Below, one piece after another: positions 28,610 to 37,278 of a DNA stretch of 64,000 bases. Positions within the stretch are counted from its first letter, which is position 1, and each line of letters starts with the position of its first letter. The position numbers and the translations under genes were made by a program. The notes under the pieces were generated by a model. The model had not been told where the DNA came from. It saw only the letters and a program-made list of their open reading frames with translations, and did not search any database. Source of the DNA: a bacterium (GTDB lineage: Bacteria; SAR324; XYD2-FULL-50-16); the NCBI GenBank assembly GCA_024275165.1, contig JAJRZQ010000002.1, positions 76,679 through 140,678 of the forward strand. Reading direction: 5' to 3'.

Positions 28610-29328
28610 GGCCGTTTAGTCTGCTTTTACTTTGTTTGTTGATCCCCAGCCTCGCCTGGGCCGATTTGGGGGCCTTTTTGCTCACTAAGTCGGTTTACCT
28701 TTATAAAGAGCCGAAGAAGAAATCAAAAAAACTTCTTTTTCGGCGGAAACAGGCCTACTCCGTGATTGGGGTTGAAAAGGGAAAAAGTGAACTGTGGTTG
28801 AAGATTGCCGTGCCCAGCAGCAACAATCGGGTACAGGGTTCGGGTTATATCTTAGAAAACGATTCCGAATTGACACAGGGGGGGCGGGTCAAGGTTTATA
28901 GCGCTGTTCCGAGTTTGCGACAGGGGTTGACCGATTATCTTGAGGTGGAGAGCGGCGACCTCTTTTTTACGGGGCGCAAGGTGAACTCACCAGACTTCCC
29001 GGTGTTGATTTTTCGCGCGGTGAATTATAAATCCGATCAGCCGAGAATCTATTGGGTTCCCGATTGGGGCGGGGTGTACCGCGTGGGGAAGGAGGCGAGC
29101 TGGCTTAATGAGGTGATGCAGGAGTTGAGGCAGCGCGGGTTTAAAAAAGAGGTGGAGAAAAAAATTCTCAACGGATTGGTCGAACAGGGATTCAGCATGG
29201 AGCAGGTTCGTCTTTCCTTGGGCCCCCCTTTAGAAGAACGAAGCTTAGAGCAGGCGAATCAAGTGGAATGGAGCTATCCGGGCCGGAAGGTGATTTTTGA
29301 AGAAAGGCGGGTGATTCGCCAAATCTAA
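28606..29328 (+). CDS. secreted hypothetical protein
   Basis: signal peptide MRPFSLLLLCLLIPSLAWA; overlaps rsmD stop. Confidence 0.5.
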   Translation: MRPFSLLLLCLLIPSLAWADLGAFLLTKSVYLYKEPKKKSKKLLFRRKQAYSVIGVEKGKSELWLKIAVPSSNNRVQGSGYILENDSELTQGGRVKVYSAVPSLRQGLTDYLEVESGDLFFTGRKVNSPDFPVLIFRAVNYKSDQPRIYWVPDWGGVYRVGKEASWLNEVMQELRQRGFKKEVEKKILNGLVEQGFSMEQVRLSLGPPLEERSLEQANQVEWSYPGRKVIFEERRVIRQI

Positions 29329-29331
29329 GGC

Positions 29332-30909
29332 TTATTTCGCGCAGCGAAATCCCACATCCTTCCAAGCGTAGTTGGGCTTACTGCTGGCGCGGTGCCAGGT
29401 CGTGGCATGATCTTTGGTTTTCGCCCAGGAGCCGCCGCGAATGACCTTTTCTCGGTTGATCTGAGGAGAGTCGAAATTGGAACCGGGGTAACGGGCTAGG
29501 CTGGAGCTCACCCATTCGCGCACATTTCCCGCCATCTGCTGGACCCCATAGGGGCTGATATCCGCCTGGGCCTGATCCACCGGCAAGGGTTTATGCTTTC
29601 CCGATTCCAAGGTGCGGGCTTTACGGGGGTTGAACCCGTTGCCCCAGGGGTAGGTTAAACCGTTTTCCCCTCTCGCCGCCTTTTCCCATTCCACTTCTTT
29701 AGGGAGTCGTTTTCCTAAGGACTTGCAATAGCGCTCCGCCTCGATCCAGGTTACATTTACCACGGGCAGGGACTCAGCTCCGGCGGGGATTTGCCGATTG
29801 CGCCAATGGGGTGGGGGTCGTTTGCGAAAGCGCCTCAGATACTCGGCGTATTTTTGGTTGGAAACCTCGGTTTCATCTAGATAAAACTCGCGGAGTTTGA
29901 CCTGAAACTCCGGTTTAGAAATTTGCGGCCCTTGGTTGCTTCCCATGATAAATTTTCCCTTAGGGATGGAGATCATCCCCGCAATGGGCTTGGCGGTTGA
30001 TTTTTTATAAGAGGAGCGGTTTGTTTGCCCGAAGTGGATTAAATCGGCCCATTCGATCACCCCATTATAGATATTCAAGAGTTTTAAGCTAGCGAGCCAA
30101 CGGCCATTTTTCCTAGAAACCTTTCCGTAGATAAAGGCGTCCACCCCATAAAGCTCCCCCATGCGCTTGGCTTTGGATTCGTCGATGAAGTCGCTCATGG
30201 AGAGTTTTTGTTCTTCTATAATAAGGGCTAGGTTTTCGCGGTCCACCACCTGTAAGCCGCTATCTTTGGTTAAGGCGGTGGAGAGAAAATCAGCGAGGAG
30301 GCTGGAGTCAAAGGGGCTTTGGATATTCCAAAAAGCGATTTGGTTGACCTTGTTTTGCCGCAGGCGAGAGAGGTCTTTGCGTAAGCTTAAGGTCACCGCC
30401 TCCGCCAGACTGCTGACGGCTAGGGTTTCTGCCTTTAAGGCGGTGAGTTGAAAGATGTCGGCCCATACAATGGCGGAGGATTCCACATCAATCGCCTTCA
30501 TGACTAGGGTATCGTGGTAGTAGCGGCCATAGACAAAAAGATCGACCCCTAAGAGTTTGCCGAGTTCTTTATAGGTGTCTTGGCTCACCATGCCCGAGAG
30601 ATTGAATTTTTGTTCTTGCAGGATCAGGTTCATCTTGCTGCGGTCGATCACGCGAAAGGCACGGGATTTAACCAACGCCACATTGGTGTAGTCGATGAGT
30701 TCGTTAATTTTTTCTTGGTTTAAGGGCCCGGCAATGCGGGAAAAGGCGATGGTACCGTATTTGCGGTTGGCGACTTGGCTCAAGGAACTCGCGATACGCT
30801 GGCTTAGGTTTTCAAACTCCAAAGCACTTAAGGTACCAGGACATAAAAACAACAGAGTAAATAAAAATAAAAGGCTTAGCCTGAAAGGAAGCGGTGAGCT
30901 CGTTGTCAT
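29332..30909 (-). CDS. secreted protein: two CsgG/LpoB-like repeats fused to a formylglycine-generating-enzyme (SUMF1/FGE-sulfatase) domain
   Basis: C-terminal PKGKFIMGSN...EVEWEKAARGENGLTYPWGN...RGGSWA; N-terminal repeated DRxxLxLIxxEQK...LGKLLGVDxFVYG. Confidence 0.7.
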   Translation of the reverse strand: MTTSSPLPFRLSLLFLFTLLFLCPGTLSALEFENLSQRIASSLSQVANRKYGTIAFSRIAGPLNQEKINELIDYTNVALVKSRAFRVIDRSKMNLILQEQKFNLSGMVSQDTYKELGKLLGVDLFVYGRYYHDTLVMKAIDVESSAIVWADIFQLTALKAETLAVSSLAEAVTLSLRKDLSRLRQNKVNQIAFWNIQSPFDSSLLADFLSTALTKDSGLQVVDRENLALIIEEQKLSMSDFIDESKAKRMGELYGVDAFIYGKVSRKNGRWLASLKLLNIYNGVIEWADLIHFGQTNRSSYKKSTAKPIAGMISIPKGKFIMGSNQGPQISKPEFQVKLREFYLDETEVSNQKYAEYLRRFRKRPPPHWRNRQIPAGAESLPVVNVTWIEAERYCKSLGKRLPKEVEWEKAARGENGLTYPWGNGFNPRKARTLESGKHKPLPVDQAQADISPYGVQQMAGNVREWVSSSLARYPGSNFDSPQINREKVIRGGSWAKTKDHATTWHRASSKPNYAWKDVGFRCAK

Positions 30910-30997
30910 TTCGTTTTGCCTGTGGCAGCTTGATTCATGTCAGTGACCTTAAAAGGTCTTTTTTATCCTATTCGACCGAGTAACGCAAGGAGCCCTC

Positions 30998-31828
30998 ATG
31001 CCCCTATTTGTAGTGGGTCTGCCCATTGGAAATCCTCAGGATATCACGGATCGGGCCAAAGAGGTTTTGAGTTTTGCCGACCTCATTGTCGCAGAAGAGA
31101 TCAAACCAACTCGGCGGATTTTAAAATCTCTCGGCCTCTTTAAGGAGGTCTTTTTACTCAATGAGCATACCGAGCCCAAAGGGGCGGCGGAAGAACTCAT
31201 GCCGCTTTTGGCAGAGGGGCAAAATTTAGCGCTCATCTCCGATTGCGGCACCCCGCTTTTTGCCGATCCCGGTGCCGGCTTGGTTGAGCTGTGCCACCAA
31301 AAGGGCTACCCGGTGACCCCTGTTCCCGGGGCTTCGAGCTTGACCGCCGCTTTATCCGTTTCGGGGTTAAAGCTGGATTCCTTTTATTATGCAGGTTTTT
31401 TGCCGCGAGAGCGGGAGGAGCGGCAAAAGGCGATTGCGGGGTTTCGGGATTTGGCCTGCCCCGTCCTCCTCTTAGAGGCGCCCTACCGCCTTGGGCCTCT
31501 CTTGCGAGACCTGGTTGCCGTTTTGGGGGGCGAGCGCAGAGCGCAGATTTTTTTCGCTTTGACCAAAGCTGGGGAAGAGATTGCCCAGGGGCCTTTAGGT
31601 GAGTTGGCAAAAAAAGAAATGACGGAAAAAAGGGAATTTGTTTTGTTGATCAAGGGGCAGGTGGCCGGGGCCTTGGCGCCGAAAGTGAGGGCGGGTGGCC
31701 TGTCCAAACCCCGCGCAGGGAATCGGCCCAAAAAAAATTCTCGCCCCCCCAATCGCAAAGCGGGGCCGCAGAGAAAACTCAAGCCCAAGGGGCCGGCGCG
31801 GCGGGCAAAACGAGAGCCCGGGGATTAA
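30998..31828 (+). CDS. rsmI: 16S rRNA 2'-O-ribose C1402 methyltransferase with K/R/P-rich C-terminal tail
   Basis: tetrapyrrole-methylase fold N-term MPLFVVGLPIGNPQDITDRAKEVL. Confidence 0.85.
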   Translation: MPLFVVGLPIGNPQDITDRAKEVLSFADLIVAEEIKPTRRILKSLGLFKEVFLLNEHTEPKGAAEELMPLLAEGQNLALISDCGTPLFADPGAGLVELCHQKGYPVTPVPGASSLTAALSVSGLKLDSFYYAGFLPREREERQKAIAGFRDLACPVLLLEAPYRLGPLLRDLVAVLGGERRAQIFFALTKAGEEIAQGPLGELAKKEMTEKREFVLLIKGQVAGALAPKVRAGGLSKPRAGNRPKKNSRPPNRKAGPQRKLKPKGPARRAKREPGD

Positions 31829-33612
31829 AGCTTTTTTTCCATCTGGTTTAAGAGTTTGCCAAAGCGGGTCTCTACCCGTTGGACGGTCTCTGGATCGGGT
31901 TCTAATACCTTGGGGTAGCCTGGTTTCATCCGGCAGTCGATCACCAAGGGGCCGTTGATGCCCGTGTGAAAGCGATGGGTTGTTTTGTCGCCGTATAGAT
32001 CGGCGGCGGGCTCAAAGCGGGTGAAGACATGCCAGATGAAGTCTTCATTGCTCTTTGTGGTCGCCTGGGCGTCATCGACCAAGCAGACCACCCGGTAGTC
32101 TTGAATGGCCCTCTCCTGGGCGAGGGAGGTCGCGAGTTGAGGCTGAAGGGCGTAACCCGCCCCTTCTACGCAGAGTACGCCGGGGCAAAAGAGTCGTGGG
32201 TTGTTGAGGTTGCTGTCGGCAAAAGCCTGCTCTGGGAGTTGATTTTTTAGGGTAAAGCGTTTTTCTTCCCCCAAGCCCATTAAGATGGCCTTACTCCCTT
32301 CATTGACCGCCGGCCCGGTGTAGTCTAGGGTATCTTGGCTGATGTTGGAAAAAACAAAGAGGTCGGTCTTCAGGTCTGCCCGCTCCAAGACCGTCATGAA
32401 CAGCTCTTTGAAGTTTTTGACCTCCGCGGGTTGATCGGTGAGAAGTAAAAATTTAGTCAAGGAGAGTTGCCCTTCGCTCAAGATGCGCAAGGCCGCGGTA
32501 AAGGCTTCCTTAGGGTAGCGGTTTTGTACGATTGCCCCGGCTAGGCTGTGAACCCCGGACTCCTCATAGGCCCAAATTTTCTTCACATTGTGCATCACTA
32601 AGGGGAAGAGGGGCTCTAGAATTTCTTGTAGGAATTCAGCGATATAGTGATCCTCCTGCGGGGGGCGACCCACCACGGTGGCCGCCCAGATGGCATTTTT
32701 ACGGTGGGTGAGGCTGGTTACCTCCAGATAAGGGTAATCGTGTTGCAGGCTGTAATAGCCGTAATGGTCGCCAAAGGGGCCTTCGGGCCGTCTTTTTTGC
32801 GGGGGGATGTACCCGGAAATGGCAAAATCCGCCTGTAGGGGGAGGCGAGTCCCGAGTTCGTCTTTTCCCACGCTCAGCCGTTCCCCCAGCAAGAGGCTGG
32901 CAAAAGCGAGTTCCGGGATGTCTTCGGGTAAAGGGGCCACCGCGGCGATGGTCAAGGCCGGGGGGCCGCCGACCAATACCCTCGCGGGTAGGGGTCGGCC
33001 TAGGTTTTCCGCTTCATGGTAATGGTAGCCGCCGCCGCGGTGAATCTGGATGTGCATTCCGGCGGTGGTGGCGTCAAACAACTGGACGCGGTACATCCCC
33101 AAATTGCCTTTGCCCGTGCTGGGGCTCTCGGTATAGACCAAAGGCAGGGTGACAAAGGGGCCGCCGTCTTCCGGCCAGCTTTTGATTTGCGGGAGTTGGC
33201 CCAGGTTGACGGGGTTCATGGCCACTTCTTGCACCGGGCCTTTGCTTTGCTTTTTCATCCCCACCTTGAGCCCCTTCATGGCCAGGCCTCTTGCTCCCCA
33301 GAGTTTTTCCAGGCTCGGCGGCATGAGGTTTTGCGCCAAATCGGCCAGAGCGGAGATAAATTGATAGGGCTCTTTCCCAAAAGCCAATTCCATGCGCCTT
33401 GTGGAACCGTAAAGGTTGGTGGCCACGGGAAAGGGGGTCCCCTTGACTTGCGTAAAGAGCAGCGCAGGGCCTTTGCGCGCCGAGACCTGGCGCTGTAATT
33501 CCGCCAGTTCCAAATGAGGGTCGATCTCTTGGGTAATTTGCAGAAGTTCCTTTTCCTTTTGTAAACGATCAACAAACTCAGCGGTGCTGGTAAGCCCTTT
33601 AACCTTCTTCAT
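31825..33612 (-). CDS. UbiD-family (prenylated-FMN dependent) decarboxylase
   Basis: 595 aa, conserved N-terminal region of UbiD family; ends convergent with rsmI. Confidence 0.8.
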   Translation of the reverse strand: MKKVKGLTSTAEFVDRLQKEKELLQITQEIDPHLELAELQRQVSARKGPALLFTQVKGTPFPVATNLYGSTRRMELAFGKEPYQFISALADLAQNLMPPSLEKLWGARGLAMKGLKVGMKKQSKGPVQEVAMNPVNLGQLPQIKSWPEDGGPFVTLPLVYTESPSTGKGNLGMYRVQLFDATTAGMHIQIHRGGGYHYHEAENLGRPLPARVLVGGPPALTIAAVAPLPEDIPELAFASLLLGERLSVGKDELGTRLPLQADFAISGYIPPQKRRPEGPFGDHYGYYSLQHDYPYLEVTSLTHRKNAIWAATVVGRPPQEDHYIAEFLQEILEPLFPLVMHNVKKIWAYEESGVHSLAGAIVQNRYPKEAFTAALRILSEGQLSLTKFLLLTDQPAEVKNFKELFMTVLERADLKTDLFVFSNISQDTLDYTGPAVNEGSKAILMGLGEEKRFTLKNQLPEQAFADSNLNNPRLFCPGVLCVEGAGYALQPQLATSLAQERAIQDYRVVCLVDDAQATTKSNEDFIWHVFTRFEPAADLYGDKTTHRFHTGINGPLVIDCRMKPGYPKVLEPDPETVQRVETRFGKLLNQMEKKL

Positions 33613-34078
33613 CCTTGCTCCCTAAAAGGCCGCGCCATAAGACCAGCACAAAGCCGATGCTGATGAGGTCATCGGCGAGGTTGTTGACAAAAAAACCGGT
33701 TTCGTAAAAATGAAAAAACATATAATCGGTTACGGAGTGGCGAAACCCCCGGTCAATAAGGTTGCCCAAGGCCCCGGAGAGGATCAAAGAAAACCCCCAG
33801 CGGTCCAGTTGGCTCAAACGGGCGAAATCCTTCAGCAAATAATAGCCCAAACCTAAAATCACCAGCAGAGAAACCCCGGTGAGTAAGGGAACCCGCAACG
33901 CGTCGGGCAGGTTGGAGAGAAAACTAAAGCTGACCCCTCGGTTTTCTTGGTAGGTAAGATGAATCAGGTTGGGAATCAATTCAATGTAGTCTGTTGGGCT
34001 TAGCGTACTGCGAACCCAAAACTTAATGAACTGGTCTAAGGCGGTGATACCAAAGATCAAGAAAATATATCGCTTCAT
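33599..34078 (-). CDS. lspA: lipoprotein signal peptidase II
   Basis: 159 aa, 4 TM, NRGVSFSFL... and D..N..DR motifs. Confidence 0.85.
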   Translation of the reverse strand: MKRYIFLIFGITALDQFIKFWVRSTLSPTDYIELIPNLIHLTYQENRGVSFSFLSNLPDALRVPLLTGVSLLVILGLGYYLLKDFARLSQLDRWGFSLILSGALGNLIDRGFRHSVTDYMFFHFYETGFFVNNLADDLISIGFVLVLWRGLLGSKDEEG

Positions 34079-35853
34079 GGGAGGAGGGGCTTGGTTTGGG
34101 CCGCTTTTTCCGGGTAGCCTGCCTGTTGGTAATATAAGAGCAGTCTCTGATGAAACATGCGGGCTAAGGGGTGCTTGCGCCCCGCGATATCCTCTAAGTA
34201 GGGCAAGGCCTCGTTAAAGCGCCCCAGCATGCCCAATTGATGGGTTAAGGCGTCGATGAGGTCGGGGTTGCCGGGCCAGAGGGAGAGCCCAAGCTTTAAG
34301 GTTCGCAGGGCAGCGGTTTTTTTCCCCCTGCGGGCCTGGGCTTCGGCAAGGTAAACCTGGACCCGCCCTTTGCCTTTTTCCGCTCTTTTCCAGGGTAAGA
34401 GCAGGGGGAGAACCGCCTTATAGTTTCCTTGGGCAAAACGCAGGCGAGCCTTCATCAAGGTGACCTCGAGGTTGCCTTTGGCCGCTTGGGCGAGCTTGTT
34501 TAAGATTTGCTCTGCTTGGTGGAGTTCTCCTTGCAACAAAGCGATTTCAGCGAGGCGCAAATCCACCAAGAAGCTGCCCCAAAGCCGTTGCGCCCTTTGA
34601 TACAGGGTTTTGGCTTTTGCCAAATCCCCCTGGGCTTGGGCGATGCGCGCTTGAAAAAACACGACCTGCGGGTGGTTGGCATCCAGTTTAAAGCCCTCTA
34701 ACGCCTCTTTGGCGACCAGCCAGTTCCCTTCTTCTAAAAGCCCTTCCAAATAGATGAGTTGGTAGTTCAGTTGGGTGGGTTCGAGTTCCAAAGCTTTGTT
34801 CATCGCCCACTTGGCCCCGGTGGGGTCGCCCTGCAGGCGATAGAGTTTGCTCAGGTTCAAGTAGGCCGCTCCGCTGCTGGGGTTGAGGCTCAAGGCCTTT
34901 TGGTAGCTGCGTTCGGATTTTTTGAGTTGGCCCTGTTTGGCTTGCATCTGCCCTAAAAAAATCCATAACTTGGGTTCTTGGGGGTTTTGCGCGACTAAAG
35001 CCTGTGCCTTTCGCAACAGCTCTGGGGGGCGGAGGTTGGTTTCTAGTCGCAATAACAAGAGTTGGGTTTTGCTGTCGGGTTGGGCAATGAGTTTCAGGCT
35101 CGCTCGCGCCTCTTCGGGGTAGCCTGCCTCTAAGTCCAGCTCCGCTAAGCTGTAGAGGATTTGAGGGTGGGGGCGAAAGCGTTTGAGCCATTCTTCTAGA
35201 ATCAGCCGAGCTTTGAGGGTGGCCCCCATGCGTCGATAAATCTCGGTGAGTAAGAGGTTGCCTTGAATGGAGCGCGGTTGAATCTTTAAAAAGTCTTCCA
35301 TCTCTTGGGCCAGACGAGGGAAGTTTTGGGTGTTTTTCGCGTGTTGAAACTCGATTTTCACCTTGGCCAGTCCGGCCTCAAAGTAAAGCGGCTCCAGTTG
35401 TAAGGCCGTGTTCAGGCTTTTTAAGGCTTCCTTGGTTTTGCCGGTACGCTCGAAAGCCTGAGCGAGTAGAAAATGGCCTTCTAAGAGTCGATTGTCCAGT
35501 TCTAGAGCCGCCGAGAGGTGGGTGATCGCTTGAAAGTAATCCTCTGCGGCCAGTTCAACGCGGCCCGCGATAAAGCGATAACCCGCGTTTTGATTTGAAA
35601 GCAGCAAGGCCTTGGTGATGCGCGTGCGGGCCTGGTCCAACTGGCCGAGGCTCAGGTAAAGGCGGGCCGCTTGGGCGTAGTTTTCAGGTTCTTTGGGGTT
35701 TTTGCGAATTTCTCGTTCGAATTCATAAAGAGCCGCTTCCTCGCCTTTGTCCATGACCAGTAATTGCCGTTGCCGGGTGTAATCGGGGCTGGAACAGGCC
35801 CAGAGGCCGACTAGACTGACAATGAAAATAAAAAAATGGATCGCTTTGAACAT
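34075..35853 (-). CDS. TPR-repeat lipoprotein/envelope protein
   Basis: signal MFKAIHFFIFIVSLVGLWAC; many TPR-like repeats; start chosen downstream of ORF opening at 35925. Confidence 0.6.
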   Translation of the reverse strand: MFKAIHFFIFIVSLVGLWACSSPDYTRQRQLLVMDKGEEAALYEFEREIRKNPKEPENYAQAARLYLSLGQLDQARTRITKALLLSNQNAGYRFIAGRVELAAEDYFQAITHLSAALELDNRLLEGHFLLAQAFERTGKTKEALKSLNTALQLEPLYFEAGLAKVKIEFQHAKNTQNFPRLAQEMEDFLKIQPRSIQGNLLLTEIYRRMGATLKARLILEEWLKRFRPHPQILYSLAELDLEAGYPEEARASLKLIAQPDSKTQLLLLRLETNLRPPELLRKAQALVAQNPQEPKLWIFLGQMQAKQGQLKKSERSYQKALSLNPSSGAAYLNLSKLYRLQGDPTGAKWAMNKALELEPTQLNYQLIYLEGLLEEGNWLVAKEALEGFKLDANHPQVVFFQARIAQAQGDLAKAKTLYQRAQRLWGSFLVDLRLAEIALLQGELHQAEQILNKLAQAAKGNLEVTLMKARLRFAQGNYKAVLPLLLPWKRAEKGKGRVQVYLAEAQARRGKKTAALRTLKLGLSLWPGNPDLIDALTHQLGMLGRFNEALPYLEDIAGRKHPLARMFHQRLLLYYQQAGYPEKAAQTKPLLP

Positions 35854-35863
35854 GGGCTTTAAG

Positions 35864-36660
35864 TTACTGGCTTTCCTTTGATTCGTAAAGGGTGACCGCG
35901 GTGGATTCGTTCCCCCAAGAGTCAACCGAGCGGGCGATCAGCTTACCAGAGGGGGCCAAAAGATGGTAGCTGCCGCTGTAGAGGGGGCCGGCGAGCCAAT
36001 GCTCTTGGCCTTGATTTAACCGGTAGAGGCGCAAACCCACCCCACCGGTGAGGAAAAGCAATTCGTCAACCAAGGGCGTGGCCCCCTCCCAGGTTAAGGT
36101 CAGGCTGGGGGCAGAGGCGCAGTTTGGTTCCGGGCAGGTAGGGGTAACCTGGACTCGAACCTGAGGGAGCGGCAAGGGGCGCTGGGTGTGGGGGGTTAAG
36201 TTGGGGGTGGCAGGCCCTGGGTCCCCTTGATTGGACAGGGGGGCAAGGCGCAGGCGCAGCCGCCCCTCTAAGGGAGCGGAACCAAAATAACCGGGGGGAA
36301 AGAGCAACTCAATGCTCGGGCTGAGCCGGACTTGGATGGTTGGAGGAGGGAAGTGGGTTTGGAGTTGTGATTTTATAATTTTAGGCCGCTTGCGGGGGGA
36401 AAAGATTATTTTTAGTTTGGGCTCTTCTTCGCAGCTAGGGCAGGAAGCCTCACTAATGAAGGCCTCCAGCATCAGGTCTTTTGGTTTGGTTTTTTTGGGC
36501 CATTGGGCGGTGAGGCGCAAGGTCTCACCTCTAAAATGGGCTCGCGCCTTGACTAAGGGGGGCAGGTTCGCTTGATCCCCTACCCCGTAGGGAATTGGCG
36601 AGGTTTTGTGCCCGCAGGCCAGCAGGATCAGGCAGAAGAAAAGGGCTCCAACGCGTCGCA
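35864..36660 (-). CDS. hypothetical lipoprotein
   Basis: MRRVGALFFCLILLACG lipobox; ATG immediately follows stop of upstream gene. Confidence 0.5.
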
Positions 36661-37278
36661 TCAATACCTCATGAGAAATTGCAGGCCCAGATTTTTTTGT
36701 TCTTTTAAGCCTTCTTGATCCAGCCCGCGCATGAAGCGCGCCTCCAAAGCCAGAAAGGCATTGAGGTAATAAACAAAGCCTAGGGCGGCGAGATTGCCTT
36801 GCAGAATTGTTTCGGGAGAAAGGGCCTGGGCTTGAGCCAACTGGTAGGTTAGGTTGTATTTGCCCAACCAGAGGTCGAGGGTGAGTTGGTTTTGCCATAG
36901 GCTGTAGCTCCACCCCACCCCGAGTCGCTCCTGGTGTACCTGGAGGTAATCATAGCTGGAAGAGCCGCTGAGGATTGGGGTTTTTAACTTTTCCGCGCCA
37001 TCCAAAAAAGCGTATTCCAGCAGGAGGCCCTTTAGGCGGCAGCCAAAGGAGGTCTCAAAGGGGTGTTTGAAGTTGAAGGCTTTTTTTTGGGGGCTTGCGC
37101 TTTGCCCTTGCAGGCGGTAGGTCGGTGAAAAATCACTAAAGCTTAAGGAGCAGATGTTTTGCCCCTCCAGGGCTAAAATGCGGGTGCGCCCCTTTTGGGG
37201 GTTGATGGGTCTCAGCTCTTGGCTGAAGACAGGCAAGCTGATGGCCAATAAGAGGAAGGCGAGGCAAACTGCTTTCAT
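36661..37278 (-). CDS. small outer-membrane beta-barrel-like hypothetical protein
   Basis: signal peptide MKAVCLAFLLLAISLPVFSQE, C-terminal ...LMRY. Confidence 0.5.
   Translation of the reverse strand: MKAVCLAFLLLAISLPVFSQELRPINPQKGRTRILALEGQNICSLSFSDFSPTYRLQGQSASPQKKAFNFKHPFETSFGCRLKGLLLEYAFLDGAEKLKTPILSGSSSYDYLQVHQERLGVGWSYSLWQNQLTLDLWLGKYNLTYQLAQAQALSPETILQGNLAALGFVYYLNAFLALEARFMRGLDQEGLKEQKNLGLQFLMRY

Noticed and set aside
34075-35925. ORF start at 35925 overlapping the upstream lipoprotein gene by 62 nt
   Set aside because: Signal/lipobox-bearing Met (MFKAIHFF...) at 35853 gives a non-overlapping, more plausible start.
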